Source of the DNA: Eledone cirrhosa
Taxonomy: Eukaryota
Direction: 5' to 3'
NCBI GenBank assembly: GCA_964016885.1
Contig: OZ024742.1
Coordinates: 333,250,001 to 333,314,000, forward strand
Length of the DNA: 64,000 nt
Shown here: positions 14,573 through 29,810 of the stretch, in pieces
Layout of the letters: each line of letters opens with the position of its first letter
Numbering within the stretch: the first letter of the stretch is position 1
Made by a program: the position numbers and the translations under genes
The notes under the pieces: generated by a model
The model's input: the letters and a program-made list of their open reading frames with translations, nothing else
The model's database searches: none
What the model was told of the DNA's origin: nothing

Positions 14573-14875
14573 ACATAGATAGATAGATAAAAAGAAAGAA
14601 AGGAAGAAAAAAGAAAGGCAGATAGATAATAGATAGATAAATAGACAGATAGTTACAAAGAAAGAAAGAAAGAAAGGAAGAAAGAAAAAAGAAAGAAAGA
14701 AAGAAAGGTAGATAGATAATATATAGATAGAATTTCTTTGCATTTTGGTTGTTGTACTGTCAGATTCTTGGCATGTATCGGAAAGGAAATATAACGAATC
14801 TCATACCATACTCCCAAGTCCGATATTACTGGAGATTTTAAGCTAGGAACATCCGCAGACACAGCTACACAAACG

Positions 14876-14960
<85 letters not shown>

Positions 14961-15429
14961 TCCTGCTCCCTTTCAATGCATTTTAGACAACATGAAGTAG
15001 GGAAATACGTATGTCTGCCTGAATGTGCTTTTGTGTGTGTGTATGAGAGAGAGAGAGAGAGTTTGCAGATATTGGTGCAATTGCATGTATATGTCTGCAT
15101 ATTTTGAGTTATATGTGTAGACTTGCATATGTTCCTGTATCTATATGTGTGTATGAAGTTATTACATGCAGAATTACTGAAATATTTAAAATATTTTTAC
15201 ACTTCAATTAATGGACTGTACATACCACTTCCTAACTTGCCGTACATTTTCTGATTCTATGAAGGCCACTTTCTAAAATTTCTACTGAGGTAGTTGGTAA
15301 CATATCCCAGAGCCCTGATTATCACAGGTAGAAATCTAAAGCCATTGTCAGTGTGGAACATCTACAGATTCTTTATTAGTTCAGCATGTATGTATATATA
15401 TGCATGCATGCATGTATCTATGTATGTTC

Positions 15430-15810
15430 CCAGCACTTTGCCAGGTCTTGCATTTCATCCAGTGGTGTGTCCAAATATCGCCCTCCTCACAGAGTAAGCT
15501 TGGTGCGGTTGCCTGTTTAGTCGCCGATGACTCGACCATGAGACAGGTTCTACTTGGTTACATGTTACCAGTAGCACTCAAGAGCGACCCGAGAGGCAAC
15601 GGCCATCTAAATATATATATATTTTTTTTTACCTGGAAGTAACACCCTTCTAGGAGATGGAAACTCTGAAAAAAAACTGCGGCTCTGAAAGCATCCGATG
15701 ATGATGATCAGTTCTCCTTTTCGGGTAGTGTTTTCGATGCTCAGAGAGTGGCATTTGTCGAGTGCGAGCCCTTCGCCTACTTAAAAAAAAATCTTCAAAG
15801 CACAGTCATT
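15430..15810. mobile_element. RTE-associated SINE/UTR fragments (15430-15592 minus; 15645-15810 plus)
   Basis: Similar to 57933-58095 and 58285-58465 respectively; next to (ATGT)n. Confidence 0.65.
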
Positions 15811-16479
15811 GTTTGTTCAGGATATGTTGCAGGTTTGTGTGGCTCTCCGTAGCCCAAGACTGCACCAAAATCTATAATCTGACAAGCGATTGTAGTACAC
15901 TTAGCAGAGTTTGCAGCCATCATCTGTGTATGCATATATGCATGCATGTGCGCAAGCACGTATGTATGTAAGTATGCATGTATGTACGTACGCATATCAG
16001 CTTATATATATGTATGTATGAACGCAGGCATGAATGTATGTATACATTTATACTGGCATGCATTTGTTCCATTTGATTGAGAAGTGATTAATCATAATCC
16101 TAATTAATTGCACACTAATCTTCCTATGTGAACTCATCAAATGTATTTATTAACAGTTTCATTAAACGACATTCACTCTTCGTCTGTTTTATTATAATCA
16201 AAAGTACATCGTAATTTAAATTTACTCTCATCAATAAATATATCATGGATGAGTTTTCTCAAGACGCTAAAAGTAGCAGCCATGTTTCTTTTAAATAATA
16301 CCAATCAATGATATCAATGCAATAACATGTAATATTAAATTGAGATCAATGCAATAAATGATATCAATGCAATAACATGTAATATTAAATTGGATAATGG
16401 ATGGAATGGTTGTGACCACAGATCTTCTCATAAAGGCTGAGGCCAAACATCAATTGTGGATAATATCTTAGAGAATGTT

Positions 16480-17330
16480 TTCTCTCTTATTTCATCGGCT
16501 TTGTTGTAGGTGTCGCCAGACGGGAAAAGTGTCATTGCGTTATGTTATGTGGTGCCGGAGCCTCTTTGACGTTCTCAATCCACTTTTTCTTCATTCGATG
16601 TCAGATTTATAGGTTGGCATTCCAATGGCTTGCATAGCTGAGTAATCATGCTAGTTATTCTTATATGTGACGAGAGATTGACCTTGGTTCTAACATTATC
16701 CTCATATCATTCCTGATCATATCTCATCTGGTCTTGTTGACAGTATATTTTGGAGTGCTCTAGAGGTTTAGCCATGGTTCAGATATACCAATGCTTGAGG
16801 GAATAAATAAGGAGTTTATCAGCTTAGCTTTACTTTTCATTAAACATGGTGGATCAACGGAGCATTTATGAAATTATGACTGGTTTAGTATGACTCTACT
16901 TGTTTCTCTTTGTAAGCGTTGTATGTTTTCATACCAGAACTTCTCTGAGTAGTAATTCTTCAGTTAATAGTCCTACAAACTATTGCAGTCACTACGTAGA
17001 GATTGCTCAACCGAAATTAAACATCTCTCACATTCCTTTATTTGTCCTTGGCTGTAAGCACCCATTGCGCGTTAAGTTCTTACGGGTGCGTCTATCAATA
17101 CTTTCAATGTCTTCTTTCGTCCAACCAATTATTCCATCATTATACCTCTCTACTCCCTAAGTCCATTGTTTATTCCAGATGTCTCATTTCCTGCATAAAG
17201 TTTTGATTTGAACAATTTTCCCACTCTCCTGATGTACTCCTTTTCAATCATTTCCTTCATTTCCCCTCTTCTAATTCCTGTATCCTGCAACATGCCTAAG
17301 TATTTGCATCCGTTACTTCAATTTCGGACA
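16480..17330 (-). pseudogene. R4/Dong-clade LINE remnant (post-RT region)
   Basis: CKYLGMLQD..EMKEMIEKEYIRRVGKLFKSKLYAGN..GIN; after a frameshift, RYNDGIIGWTKEDIESIDRRTRKNLTRNG. Confidence 0.7.
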
Positions 17331-17384
17331 TTCTTTCACCATCGCATATGATCGATCTCAACAATTAATAATAATAGAAATATC

Positions 17385-17680
17385 TCGAAATATAAAGATC
17401 TAGATATAGAAATAACGCGAATGTGGAAATTGAAAACAGAAACAATACCTATGAATATAGGTGCTCTAGAAATGATAAAAAACCCACAGACAAATACATA
17501 GCCAAAACACCAGGACTTACAAATATACACAGCATACAAAATATAACATTACTAGGCACAGCACACATATTACGAGATGTAATCTCAATACAATAGAAAC
17601 AACATCAGCTAACAACATCATTGCACATACCCAAGGCACACAGAGCTGTGCTCGATAAACCAGTAATGATTCACAAAAAA
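17385..17680 (+). pseudogene. R4/Dong LINE C-terminal restriction-like endonuclease tail and 3' UTR
   Basis: KYKDLDIEITRMWKLKTETIPMNIGALEMIKK...LLGTAHILRDVISIQ*. Confidence 0.75.
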
Positions 17681-17689
17681 TAATAATTG

Positions 17690-17815
17690 AAATAACTTTA
17701 GGCACAAGGCCTGCAAATCGAGGGTCGGGAAAATCAATTAAATCGACCCTAGTGCATTAGTGGTACTTTATTTTATCGACCCCGTAAGAATGAAAGGCAA
17801 AGCTAACCTCGACGG
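17690..17815 (-). mobile_element. Family A-related SINE, partial
   Basis: ggtactttattttatcgaccccgtaagaatgaaaggcaaagctaacctcg. Confidence 0.8.
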
Positions 17816-17816
17816 A

Positions 17817-17936
17817 GAAGAAGAAGAAGAAGAAGAAGAAGAAGAAGAAGAAGAAGAAGAAGAAGAAGAAGAAGAAGAAGAAGAAGAAGAAGAAGAAGAA
17901 GAAGAAGAAGAAGAAGAAGAAGAAGAAGAAGAAGAA
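17817..17936. repeat. (GAA)n microsatellite
   Basis: Direct reading. Confidence 0.95.
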
Positions 17937-18479
17937 TTACGATAAGGATGCCGATGATGCGGATAATGAATATGCTGATCATGGTAATGTTGATGGGATG
18001 GCAGTGAATGATGTATTTTCTATTATTACGATAGTGGTGTTGTTATTGTTGTGTTGGTGCTGGCTGCAGATGTGGATAATATTAGTTATGCTGATGAGGA
18101 TGATAATGTGGGCGATGATGATGACGGCATTGACGATCATTACGCTGATGATTGTGATGATGATAAGATTGACCATGATTATGATGATGATGATGATGAT
18201 GATTATAACATTACACGCATGGTTGCGTCCGACCCAATTACACGGTGTAAACCATTCCCCCTTCCTTCTCCCGCCTAAACAACTAAACAGGCTAACGTGA
18301 ACGTAATGTGAACGTAATGCAGGAATTGACATACAGACAGGAAGAAGGAACAAAAGACAAAAATATAATAGATAAATAAACATAAAAAATAAAACGGAAT
18401 TACAATATACACATCACTTCCTTTTAAAATCAAATAACCTCCTCGCCAACTTTACTTAGCACTATACTGTTATACGTAT

Positions 18480-19530
<1,051 letters not shown>

Positions 19531-19669
19531 ATGCAATGATCTTTCGCTATCACTTTTGATGACGCCATAATCGCCAGCAACTGGAGACATTGTAAGTTAA
19601 ATCATGCACCATACACATCCTTCATCTTTTGCAGAGTTAACTTTGTTAAATGTTGAAATAAGAAGCAGT

Positions 19670-20200
19670 AATAACAAACTAAAATCATCAACAACCAACA
19701 CATCAACAATGCTAACGATACCACCACCACCAGTATGAATAACAACAACAACAACGATCAACCTTAACAAATCAACCATCGACACCTCCACTAGCACCCG
19801 GACCACCACCACCACTGCCACCACTACCAGCGACACTAACGCCAACAACAATATCCGTAACACGAATTCCAAGCAAGTACTAAAACTTGAGACGAGTAGA
19901 AATAAAACAGAAAAGCAATAACAACAGCGACAACAGCTAGAACAAGATCAAAAATATAAACGGTAGCAATGACGACAACAGCGACGACAACAACTACAAC
20001 AATGAGGACAACACCGACTAGAAGAATAATGGCAACAATAATAACGACAACAATAACAGCTAGAACAACAAAAAGAACAACAATAATATTAACAAAGATA
20101 ACAACAATAACGGCAACAATTGAAGTAATATGAACGACAAAATGAAAACCATAACGGCGGAAGCTGAAAAATCAAAAGGAAGCGAATTAGAGGATATCAT
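19670..20200 (+). repeat. (CAA)-rich low-complexity tract, possibly a LINE ORF1 5' region
   Basis: Similar in composition and downstream sequence to 51600-51900 (-), which precedes a zinc-knuckle ORF1. Confidence 0.4.
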
Positions 20201-21668
20201 GTGACATGTATCGTGTGGCGGTGACTAGGGGTAGGTACGTATTATAGGTTGGGTGGATAAGTGTTTGTTTAAAGGGCCGGGGAGTTCCTAAATGTACCGA
20301 AACTGAATTAAGAACTTACAAATAGGTCAACCTCGTGATCTTTTCACTTTTAAAATCCACATGTTCTCTCCAGGGGGTTTACATTCAACGTTTGTTCAAG
20401 TACATTAGGGTGTTTAGTAACCGCCAAGTTAATACTACTTAGATATAGCAATGTGGTATCGATTCTTCGCCGCTGCCGTTTGCAGTTATCACATTTATTC
20501 TATTTTACCTGCAATGAAATTTTCGCATTGACTAAAATATAAGCAATACTGCTTGGAAGTAACACATAAAACACACGACATTTTTAGCGAACTTATGAAA
20601 GCAATTGTATATACAGACACACCTAGACGTGGAACCTACCCAACTACAAACTATCAGATAATACATAACAAAAAATCCTAGAAAGCAAGCAAAGATACGC
20701 GAGCTGTAACATACAAACAGGAATATACAGATACACATCACGCACATGAAACTTAAAATGATTAGACTTACAGGCTGTGTAAAGACTCAGAGTTCAGATA
20801 CTCACACATAAAGCTATACAGATAGACGCTTAGAGATGCGTTCATAATTGCACATTAACATACGCATACTCATTGGCAATGCACAGATAGACTTAACGAC
20901 ACACTTCTGAATGTGCTACACAGTGCAACAAAGATGAAACCACGTGTTTACGAACAACACGTCTTAACTAACCAGTAGTAATAAAAAAATATTTATTTAA
21001 ATAATCATATAAAATTACTTGTGAATAGCAAGTTTCGTACTGCAAACAATGGAGCAATCGAAGACATTATATAGAGCAAATGACCGGCGCTTCGCTAGAA
21101 GAGTCCCTCTTAACCATGGCCATCTTCTTAATTATTTTTTCATCAGTACATTTACGAGCGCTATATATCTGCTATTCCTAGCAAGCTAATTTACCTCAAG
21201 ACGCTTTTGCATATTGATTCGTCACATTCAGTTTGATTATATAGAAATCAATAACTTAAATTAATGATCTGTTGGTATTCATATAAATTCATATTGGTAT
21301 TCATATAAAGTTCGTTTCGTGCATTATTTAATTTACTACAATGACGTTTGTCAATACACAACGGTGACTCCCAATTTGAATAAGCAAAGATGAAGCAAGT
21401 AATAAGCAGATATATGATTGAAATGGCCCAACAGAGCACATAGGATGGGTTTAAATCCGAAAATAATAGTATCTAACTGCTCTTTCTACACAGTTAATTA
21501 ACCACGTAGTTGTTAATTCCATTGTGGTTCATCCCATTGTGTTGCGTGATCGAATAATCACGTATACACGATCGTCATTGAAATATCTAACGCAGTCTTC
21601 TTGCTAAAAGACATTTTAACATCTACATCGAACATCGAATTTTCCTTATTCTATATGTATATATATAT

Positions 21669-21776
21669 ATAGGAAAAGGGTCCTCATTCTTTTCCTATTA
21701 CCCAATCTACTACCTTAAGTATCGAGTATTCTGATGCTCTATGTTCCACCTGGTTCCTTACTACACTTCCTTCGTT
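21669..21776 (+). mobile_element. Minimal family B PLE 3' end with a 10-bp fold-back
   Basis: ataggaaaag...cttttcctat followed by the same tail as 48905-48982. Confidence 0.75.
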
Positions 21777-21798
21777 ATATATATACATATATATACAT

Positions 21799-22618
21799 TA
21801 ATTACAATGAGACAAGAAATTAGAATGCGTCCAGGATCACCGTTTTCCACTCACACAAAAATAGTATGTTGTAAATACGAATCTTCATATCAGAGTGGTT
21901 GTGACCACTCTGATATGAAAATTCGTATTTAAGGTACATAATTGATAAACGAATTTGTGTGGGAGACATAAAATAGGCTCCGAATTGTACAGTTTCATAG
22001 CAGCGTCCCGTGTGCAGTTGATGCGTTGGCAAAATATCACGCACAAAAACAACGCATTATTACCGAAAAAAACTCAAGAAAGTTCACTTAGTCCGGACCG
22101 GTCGAGCGAATTAGCAACGGTGTTCAGTCCAAAATTCTAGTGGTGGAATCTGTCCATGATACCAGCAGAACCAAACTTTACCCTACTATAGCAGCGGTAG
22201 TAGTTTTAAGATGCGGCAACATTCTAAAGAGGAGGGTAGTCAGATTCCTTCATTCGAACAAAACACAATTGACGGGTAAAATCAAGCAGATTGAAAATCG
22301 CTTCATAGATCTCAACTAAAGTATTTATATAAACAACAAAAACAAAAGTACATATGTACGTAGAAAGGAACTAATATAAAAAAAATTATGTTCAACTTAT
22401 GATCAAAGACACATCCGATACAGGAGAACATTAAACATTAATTATAACGAGGCAGGCAATTACATTTCGTCCAGGATCGCCTTTTTCCATTCACTCAATG
22501 ATTTTAGAAAAATCATATGTTGTAAATACGAATCTTCATATCAAGCGTCACATTACCTTATATGGTGAATAAATGGATTTGTGTGGGAACACAAAAAAGG
22601 CTCCGAATTTTACAGACA
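21799..22618. repeat. Diverged direct repeat (21799-21990 / 22440-22618); the first copy contains a 27-bp-stem hairpin at 21873-21930
   Basis: cgtccaggatc..tgttgtaaatacgaatcttcatatca..atttgtgtggga..aggctccgaatt occurs twice. Confidence 0.7.
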
Positions 22619-23555
22619 TAACTATATTAAGAATAGATACCGGGTTATCTTAACTATAAACTAGAGTATATAACGTAATTGTTGTATAGTTATGACTTAA
22701 CTGGTTTGAAATTGCTGGCAGTATGAGACCTAATCTTCGCTAGTTCGACGTTTAATCAGGCTCAACGGATTACATTCAGCTGTCAGATTCCTCCCCACCA
22801 AGAGACTCATGTACTCGAATAATATTTCTTGTTTTGAATTCCTAACGTGCCAAGACCGTTTAGTTTGCAGTGAGCTTACCAAAATCAATAGTGAAATGCT
22901 CCATTATAATAACGAGTAAATATATATATATGTATATATATATATTTGTGTGTGTGTTTGTGTGTGGGTGGTATTGTGGTACTATTTAAAAACAACCTCT
23001 ACTGAAGGAAATGTGTCTTCAAATCCATTAGTTCTACTTTGTTAATATTAACGATAGTAGTTCTCTGAAATTTGAAACAGCTGTATAGGAATAGATTAGT
23101 TATAATAAGTAATGTAACTAACATTTTTCATATCCTGACTGTTTTATATCTTGTCATATTTTAATTACATTGGTTTCTGTAATATTCTTGATAAGTGAGC
23201 TTTACAAATGTTTTTGTTAAATCTTATTTACATTGAACTTATAGAGAACAATGAAATTGTGATGTTTTTATTTCGATTTAGTTTTTATACATTGGTCCTC
23301 TATTTCGAGTGAGCTGCTCCAACATGAACTAATGGGCTGTTTCTAGCTCTTTTATCATCTTCTTTATTGCCCATATTGTACCAACAAAGCACACGAGGTT
23401 GGGTTTCATTCCTGCGTTGTGTAATTTGCCAATATTGCTACAGGTAAGGGTCAGGTACTCAACTGGTCTGCTTTATAGGAAGAGTTTAGTTATAGAGATT
23501 AATGTAAGCAAGGTTTTTGTATAGTGATTGCATTTGCACTGTCATGTGTAAAGCA

Positions 23556-23679
23556 TTATATAATTATATTTTTTCGGTATTTCTGGGTCGATAACATAAA
23601 GTACCAGTAATACACTGTGATAATTGTTGGCCTTGTACCAAAAGTAGAAACAATTATATAATTATATTTTTTCGGTATT
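23556..23679 (+). mobile_element. 5'-truncated family A SINE with an apparent ~27-bp target-site duplication
   Basis: attatataattatattttttcggtatt flanks both sides of the SINE 3' part. Confidence 0.75.
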
Positions 23680-23796
23680 CTTCTATGAGTGAGCTATGGA
23701 ATGTTTTTTCGAATCTTATTTCCATTGAAATTCTACAGAATAATGAAATCGAGATGTTTTTATTCCTATTTACTTTTCATATATATATATATATAT

Positions 23797-23960
23797 GAGT
23801 TTCAGAAGATCCCATTAAGGGTGAAAGCAGCGATTCTTTGCTGAAACTTTAATCTGTTATTTTAATAAATATTTGCTCTAGGGTTCTTATATATTCGATA
23901 TATATTCATCCTTATTGAGCCTTCTTTGGATTTTAGTCTTCACATTTATTATTATTACTA
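23797..23960 (+). mobile_element. Family C PLE-like 3' end
   Basis: The tail gagc..tctttggattttagtcttca.att..tattacta(ta)n recurs at 44110-44162 (+), 63545-63626 (-) and 63444-63474 (-). Confidence 0.7.
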
Positions 23961-24742
23961 TATATATATATATATGATCACACATATGTGTATGTATATA
24001 TTGATTCTTTGTTTGTTTTTTCTATAAATAGTATATAACAGCTCTACGTGAACCCAGATGCATTGAACTTCTAAACATCCGGTAGAAGTTTCAAATCTCA
24101 ACTTGTATATATATATATGCGTGTATTATTGCTAATTCCAAATTGAATAGGTTACTAGTGACCGAGTATATTTAAAAAGTCAAGAGAGGGGAAACTTAAT
24201 TAATTAATTGATATATCCAAGCAGTCTAGGTCCATAGCCAAACTTAGTATGAACAACGTCGTACTCAAAGAATCACATGTTGTCGGTCAATGGAATAACA
24301 CACCTCCCCGACGCCCAAATATCGACAAAAATGATATGATGATAGATATATAGGTAGCATATTAGATATTCTGGGTGGCCTCCATGGCGCATTATGAGAG
24401 AAAGGTTACACATAATTGTATAGTTGAAGTTATTTTTGAATTTCAAGTTAAATTAAATTAAACTAAGCTATTATTGAATCTAGGGGTAACAGAATATCAT
24501 ATAATGAGTATTTTTACATATATTTTCTTGCGTTTCTCTCTCTATATATATAATTAATACGAGAGACGGTAATTTTCGTACAACTTCTTTTTATTACATA
24601 CTTCTATTATAAGTATTTCGAAGTTGTCACTGTGGTTAAACAATAACCCTATGTCATAGTCTCATCAGATAGCGTAAGGTGTATTGTTTTATTTTTTGAT
24701 ATTTTACTGGCTTCTCGTAGTCTTTACATCGTAGACCAGTAC

Positions 24743-24862
<120 letters not shown>

Positions 24863-25622
24863 AACAACTTACTCATTACCATAAGATATTTGTAACGTAT
24901 TAAAAGGTGATTATTTCTGGACACACATTTATATAATACAATTCTTTTTCAAATATTCAATATCCCTAATGGAATTAATATCTGACATTAGGGAACGCAC
25001 TGGAAATTAATGATACGGTTAGTTGTATTGATTCCAGTATAATATTGATATTTACACTGTAATGTTGGGATCAGGTATGTTGGAGTAGCTTAACTGTTTG
25101 TGTACACATTACTTTGTTCCGCACGGATATCCATGGTGCCTTTCTTCCGATTATCTGCACTCTACGTTGAATATTTCCATTCATCTTTTTCGCGTCGATA
25201 AATATATACCCGTACAAGGTGGTGGTTTGGTGGAATCATTATTAGTGAATTTAATCAACTCTCTTATTGATTACTGCTAAATGGCTATTGGTTGCTTTTA
25301 GCGTATTCGGCCATGCTGCAGTTATACGTATTTTAGAATACATTCTTCTGTCTGAGAAGCCCATTAAAAGGCGATGTATATTCTCTGACCCACATGGAAA
25401 AACACTAAAAGAAAATCAGCTGATCTCTTGTGAGAGGAACAGGATAGACAGAAGATCTGCGTTATTGAGTATACGTATTCAGTTCTTTATTTTTATTCCA
25501 TGAACTTCACATCTAGTGCCTTCTTATTAATTTAGCTGCATGCTCTCTACTCTCGTAAGCTGACACTTATTACCAATTCAATCATCATCATATCACTTTC
25601 TTCTAACATTATCTTCAACACG

Positions 25623-25788
25623 GGGCAGTGGATTGGCAGTATCGTTAGAGGGTCGGACGACAAGCATAGAGTTACGACCCTTGCCATTCTGAGTTCAAAT
25701 CAGGCCGAGGTTAAATTTGCCTTTCATCCTTACAGAGCGGATAAAATAAAGTACCAGTAATACACTGGGATAATTGCTGGCCTTGTGC
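25623..25788 (+). mobile_element. Family A SINE
   Basis: Consensus match. Confidence 0.9.
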
Positions 25789-26139
25789 GAATTTACACGA
25801 ATTTCATATCACTACAATCATTATTTCTATTAACACTACCACAATAGTGACATCAACAAAAAACTAACAACCGAACTCATTTTTGGTGGTATGTCCTCTT
25901 GTCCTGGAAGAAGTATCAATTTTGAGAGTTGCTCAGGTATATAAAGAACGGCAAGATCAGACTTTATTGTTCGAACGCTCGTTTTCAGTGAATATATTGC
26001 ATGAAAGTCTTCGGAAAAATGTTGTCTGAAATTATATATTAATACGCACATATTTAATATATATATATATGAATATGTAACTGGATAATATATACCCACC
26101 ATATAAATATATTTATATATAGCTAGAGTTATATATATA

Positions 26140-26193
<54 letters not shown>

Positions 26194-26228
26194 TAACACA
26201 TTAAAGTTTATATTATATATTATATGAG

Positions 26229-26311
26229 ATTATATATTATATAAAATTAATTATAGTCCTTATTTTCATATCACCATAATCGATAACCGGCGTATTTGTT
26301 ATAATGTACAG

Positions 26312-26355
<44 letters not shown>

Positions 26356-26436
26356 CTGTGCATTATAACAAATAAGCCGGTTATCGATTATGGTGATATG
26401 AAAATAAGGACTATAATTAATTTTATATAATATATA

Positions 26437-26438
<2 letters not shown>
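26229..26438. repeat. Inverted repeat with about 86-bp arms and a (TA)n loop
   Basis: 26229-26314 is the reverse complement of 26352-26438. Confidence 0.85.
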
Positions 26439-26482
<44 letters not shown>

Positions 26483-28480
26483 AACATACACGAGCCTTCA
26501 CGTAATTAGATACACTCTGAAAATAGAGAAATCTTAATATTTTACATCATAATTTACGAGTTCTTAATAGCGTTTTCTTTGAATATATTCAGATAACAAG
26601 ATCCATATTTCCTGGGAAATTTCCGTAATTTAAACTTTTGTAACTTTTACTTTAATTCTGATCTTAAAGATTAGTTGTACACAAATAATCTTAGGTATTG
26701 AGGAACATCTCTCTTCTGTTTTGACAGACTTTAGTCTAAATAGGCTTACACATCTGGGTATCCCAAATTAATTCCAAGTTTTTAGTTCGAGGCGTTCGAG
26801 CAATATTAACAGAGTTTTATTACATTTCTGGGCTTAGATCCGGTATCCGAGGAAATAATATATTTCTTATGTATTCCTGCATGATATATTCACTGTGTTT
26901 TCCGACTTTCTTTGTTACCCATGGATTTCTTGTTCTAAATCTTGGGAATATTGTCAAGAGAGGTATACTTGTTTCGACCAGTTGTGAAAGATTATGCAGC
27001 GGTAAAGAATCGATAGATAGCTCTTTTTGTTTGTGATAACGAGTGATGGAAAGCAGGAATTGCAGGAGCTGGTTCGGTAATGCAAGAGTTGCAGGAATGC
27101 AGGAGCTGGTTCGGTAATGCTCCAGTTTCAGATTTCGGTCACCAGAAGAAGGGTATAGGTGTAATAACAAAATATATCTTCAGTTTGGTATTTCTACCAA
27201 CCCTTACATATTGTTATGTGTCTTGAGTAATGACCGATAAAATACGATCATGAATACAAGCGGCCAAAATGGGGTACCTAAGAACGCTCTTTGAAGTTAC
27301 ATTTCTCGTGAGAAAATTCATTACTTCTCAAATTGACATATAATAGCTACGAAGCTACGTAAATGGGATTAGAATGTCCTAGGAAGTATCGCTGGGCAGA
27401 TTCTATGGGTAAAACCAGCCGATAAAAGACCCGGGTGCAAGCAAGATGGTTGGATGACATCCATGAACGCAGCTGGACTCACTTGGAAATTCGTTCGGAT
27501 CAATTGGAGACGGTTGATACTGACAGGTCCCGCTGAAATTGCTTGCATGTATGTAAGTTTGTGAGAATATTCGTTTGCATGCGTTGCGTCCATAATATTC
27601 TAAATTCCTCCCTACCATTCAACTAAGTAGTTTCACTCCTCCTTCAACTCATTTCGTACATCTATGTTCATCTACGTATTTTCTACATATTTTCAAATAT
27701 GACATCGAAACGACGAACCGACATATTGCGTATCATATATGAAAGTGTAAGCATTATACACAGTATTGGGGAGATCAAGAATGATCCTTTTGATTTCATT
27801 GCCAGAAATATGTAGTCATAAAATTGATATATTCTACCATTTTGACAATTATAGTTTAACAATTAACAATTTTTTCTGACCCAAGTATGGCGAAACCGGG
27901 AATATCTCAATCATGTCCTAATTATATTGAGATTCTCAAGCATTTCCCAAACTCCAGGTTATTCTGATAATTTCATGTTTTCTACGGTGGTTACAGGTAG
28001 AGAATTGGAATCAGAACGATGGATGAATTGCATTCATTTCAGGCCTTTGCGTTCTGTGCTCAAATCCAGGTGACATCACATTTGCCTCATTTCATTACGA
28101 GGTATATATATAATTTTAGTTGAGTACTGGCATCAACTCTTGTTCGTTATTTAACATTTTCCCCCCTTCTTCTCTGGAAATAATAGGCAGTGTTCAAATC
28201 TGGCATATCATATTTTCCCCGGGGGTAATATGCCGAAGACACGCCGTGCATCGAGATGATGCCTATAAACCTCTCTCCCGTATTCAATGTCCATCACTAT
28301 ACTCTATATTCCAGCCATTAACTTCTGTGAATAAATAATGAGTTTCATTCAAGGAACTGAATAACTCCTGGAGGATGATCAAATGTGTTATACTGTATTG
28401 CACAGCCATATACTCCTCAGCTGCAGTTGAAATAATGTTATTAAAAGAACGAAGCACTCACATTATGTATCATCATGAAA

Positions 28481-28611
28481 TAATTGTTTCTACTTTTGGC
28501 ACAAGGCCAGCAATTACCCAGTGCATTACTGGTACTTTATTTTATCGACCCCGTTAGGATGAAAGGCAAAGTTAACCTCGGCGGGATTTGAACTCAGTCA
28601 GTAAAGGGCCA
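28481..28611 (-). mobile_element. Family A SINE, partial
   Basis: Consensus match. Confidence 0.9.
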
Positions 28612-29328
28612 GAATGGATGAAATAATGAAATAATGAAGTCATAACTGTCTTAGAAAGGTAGACCAAAAATACAGTTTTGGCGACAATGAATCCCAAATA
28701 TGTAATAAATATTTATATCACTTGATATATTGCATTATTTATCGCTACACAGTTATTTTTAATCCTTGATTTGATTTATTCACGTTATGATATGTCTATT
28801 GCCCTCGCCATCCGAATTGTCTCCCCTTCTTTCCAGCCTATATATTACTATTTGGGCAGTCGTTTCCCACAAGTCTACCCTAAGGTTTAAAGGTTCTTGT
28901 TGACGGGCACTCGGTCCAGTTTCTTAGAGCGTTTTTTCCTGTTTCGTTTTCGTGTTGTTTGTATTGAAGACTAAGCCTGCTTCGATTAATTAATCAAACA
29001 GCTGTAATGTTGATTGTTTCATTTGTTAGTTCCTATGTATGCCTTTGTATCTTCTGGTTTCTCCTCTTTTTGACTTTTCTTCGTTCGTATCATCCCTTAG
29101 TTTCTGGCGAGGAACCGATCTATTTTCCCTAGTTACGGCCATCTCAACTTGTATTGTATTTCCGGGTAGTCGCTAGTCATTTTTTATTGGTTAATGTAGT
29201 ATTCTGGATTTATTTTCAGTATGGCCTTTACTGCCGAAACTCAACCTAAAACCCAGAACAGTAGCCGACTGAAGACCGAAATTATGTGCTTTTTTCTCTG
29301 GATTGTTTTTGTTCCGCCCTCCTCTTGG

Positions 29329-29434
<106 letters not shown>

Positions 29435-29749
29435 ATGTGTGTGTATGTGTGTGTGTGTTTGTTTGTATGTGTGTGTGTGTGTATGTGTGTGTACGTGTGT
29501 GTGTTTGTGTGTGTGTAAATGGTGTTGGGAAATACCAAGTTCTACTATATTAGTATATAATCATGTATTAGTATTGAGTGATTTATGCGAAATGTTTATT
29601 TCTGTAACCTATTTATCATGTAGACATATAGGCATTACTACACATTTCTAACTTCGATATTTATTTAGTCTTTTTTTGTGATAAATGCCCACTTCCTTTA
29701 AAGGAGGTACGCTAGATAAATATAAGTTTTAATTCCTGTGCATACATGC

Positions 29750-29785
<36 letters not shown>

Positions 29786-29810
29786 TGTGTATGGTTTCGT
29801 GTATAGTCCA

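Noticed and set aside
17760-18278. Poly-Glu and Asp-rich ORFs
   Set aside because: (GAA)n and (GAT)n simple repeats fused to SINE sequence.
23797-23850. CAGAAGA..ccc/ggg..GAAAG as a hammerhead
   Set aside because: The 5' part is equally explained as a short fold-back of tctttgctgaaact, so the core is not established.
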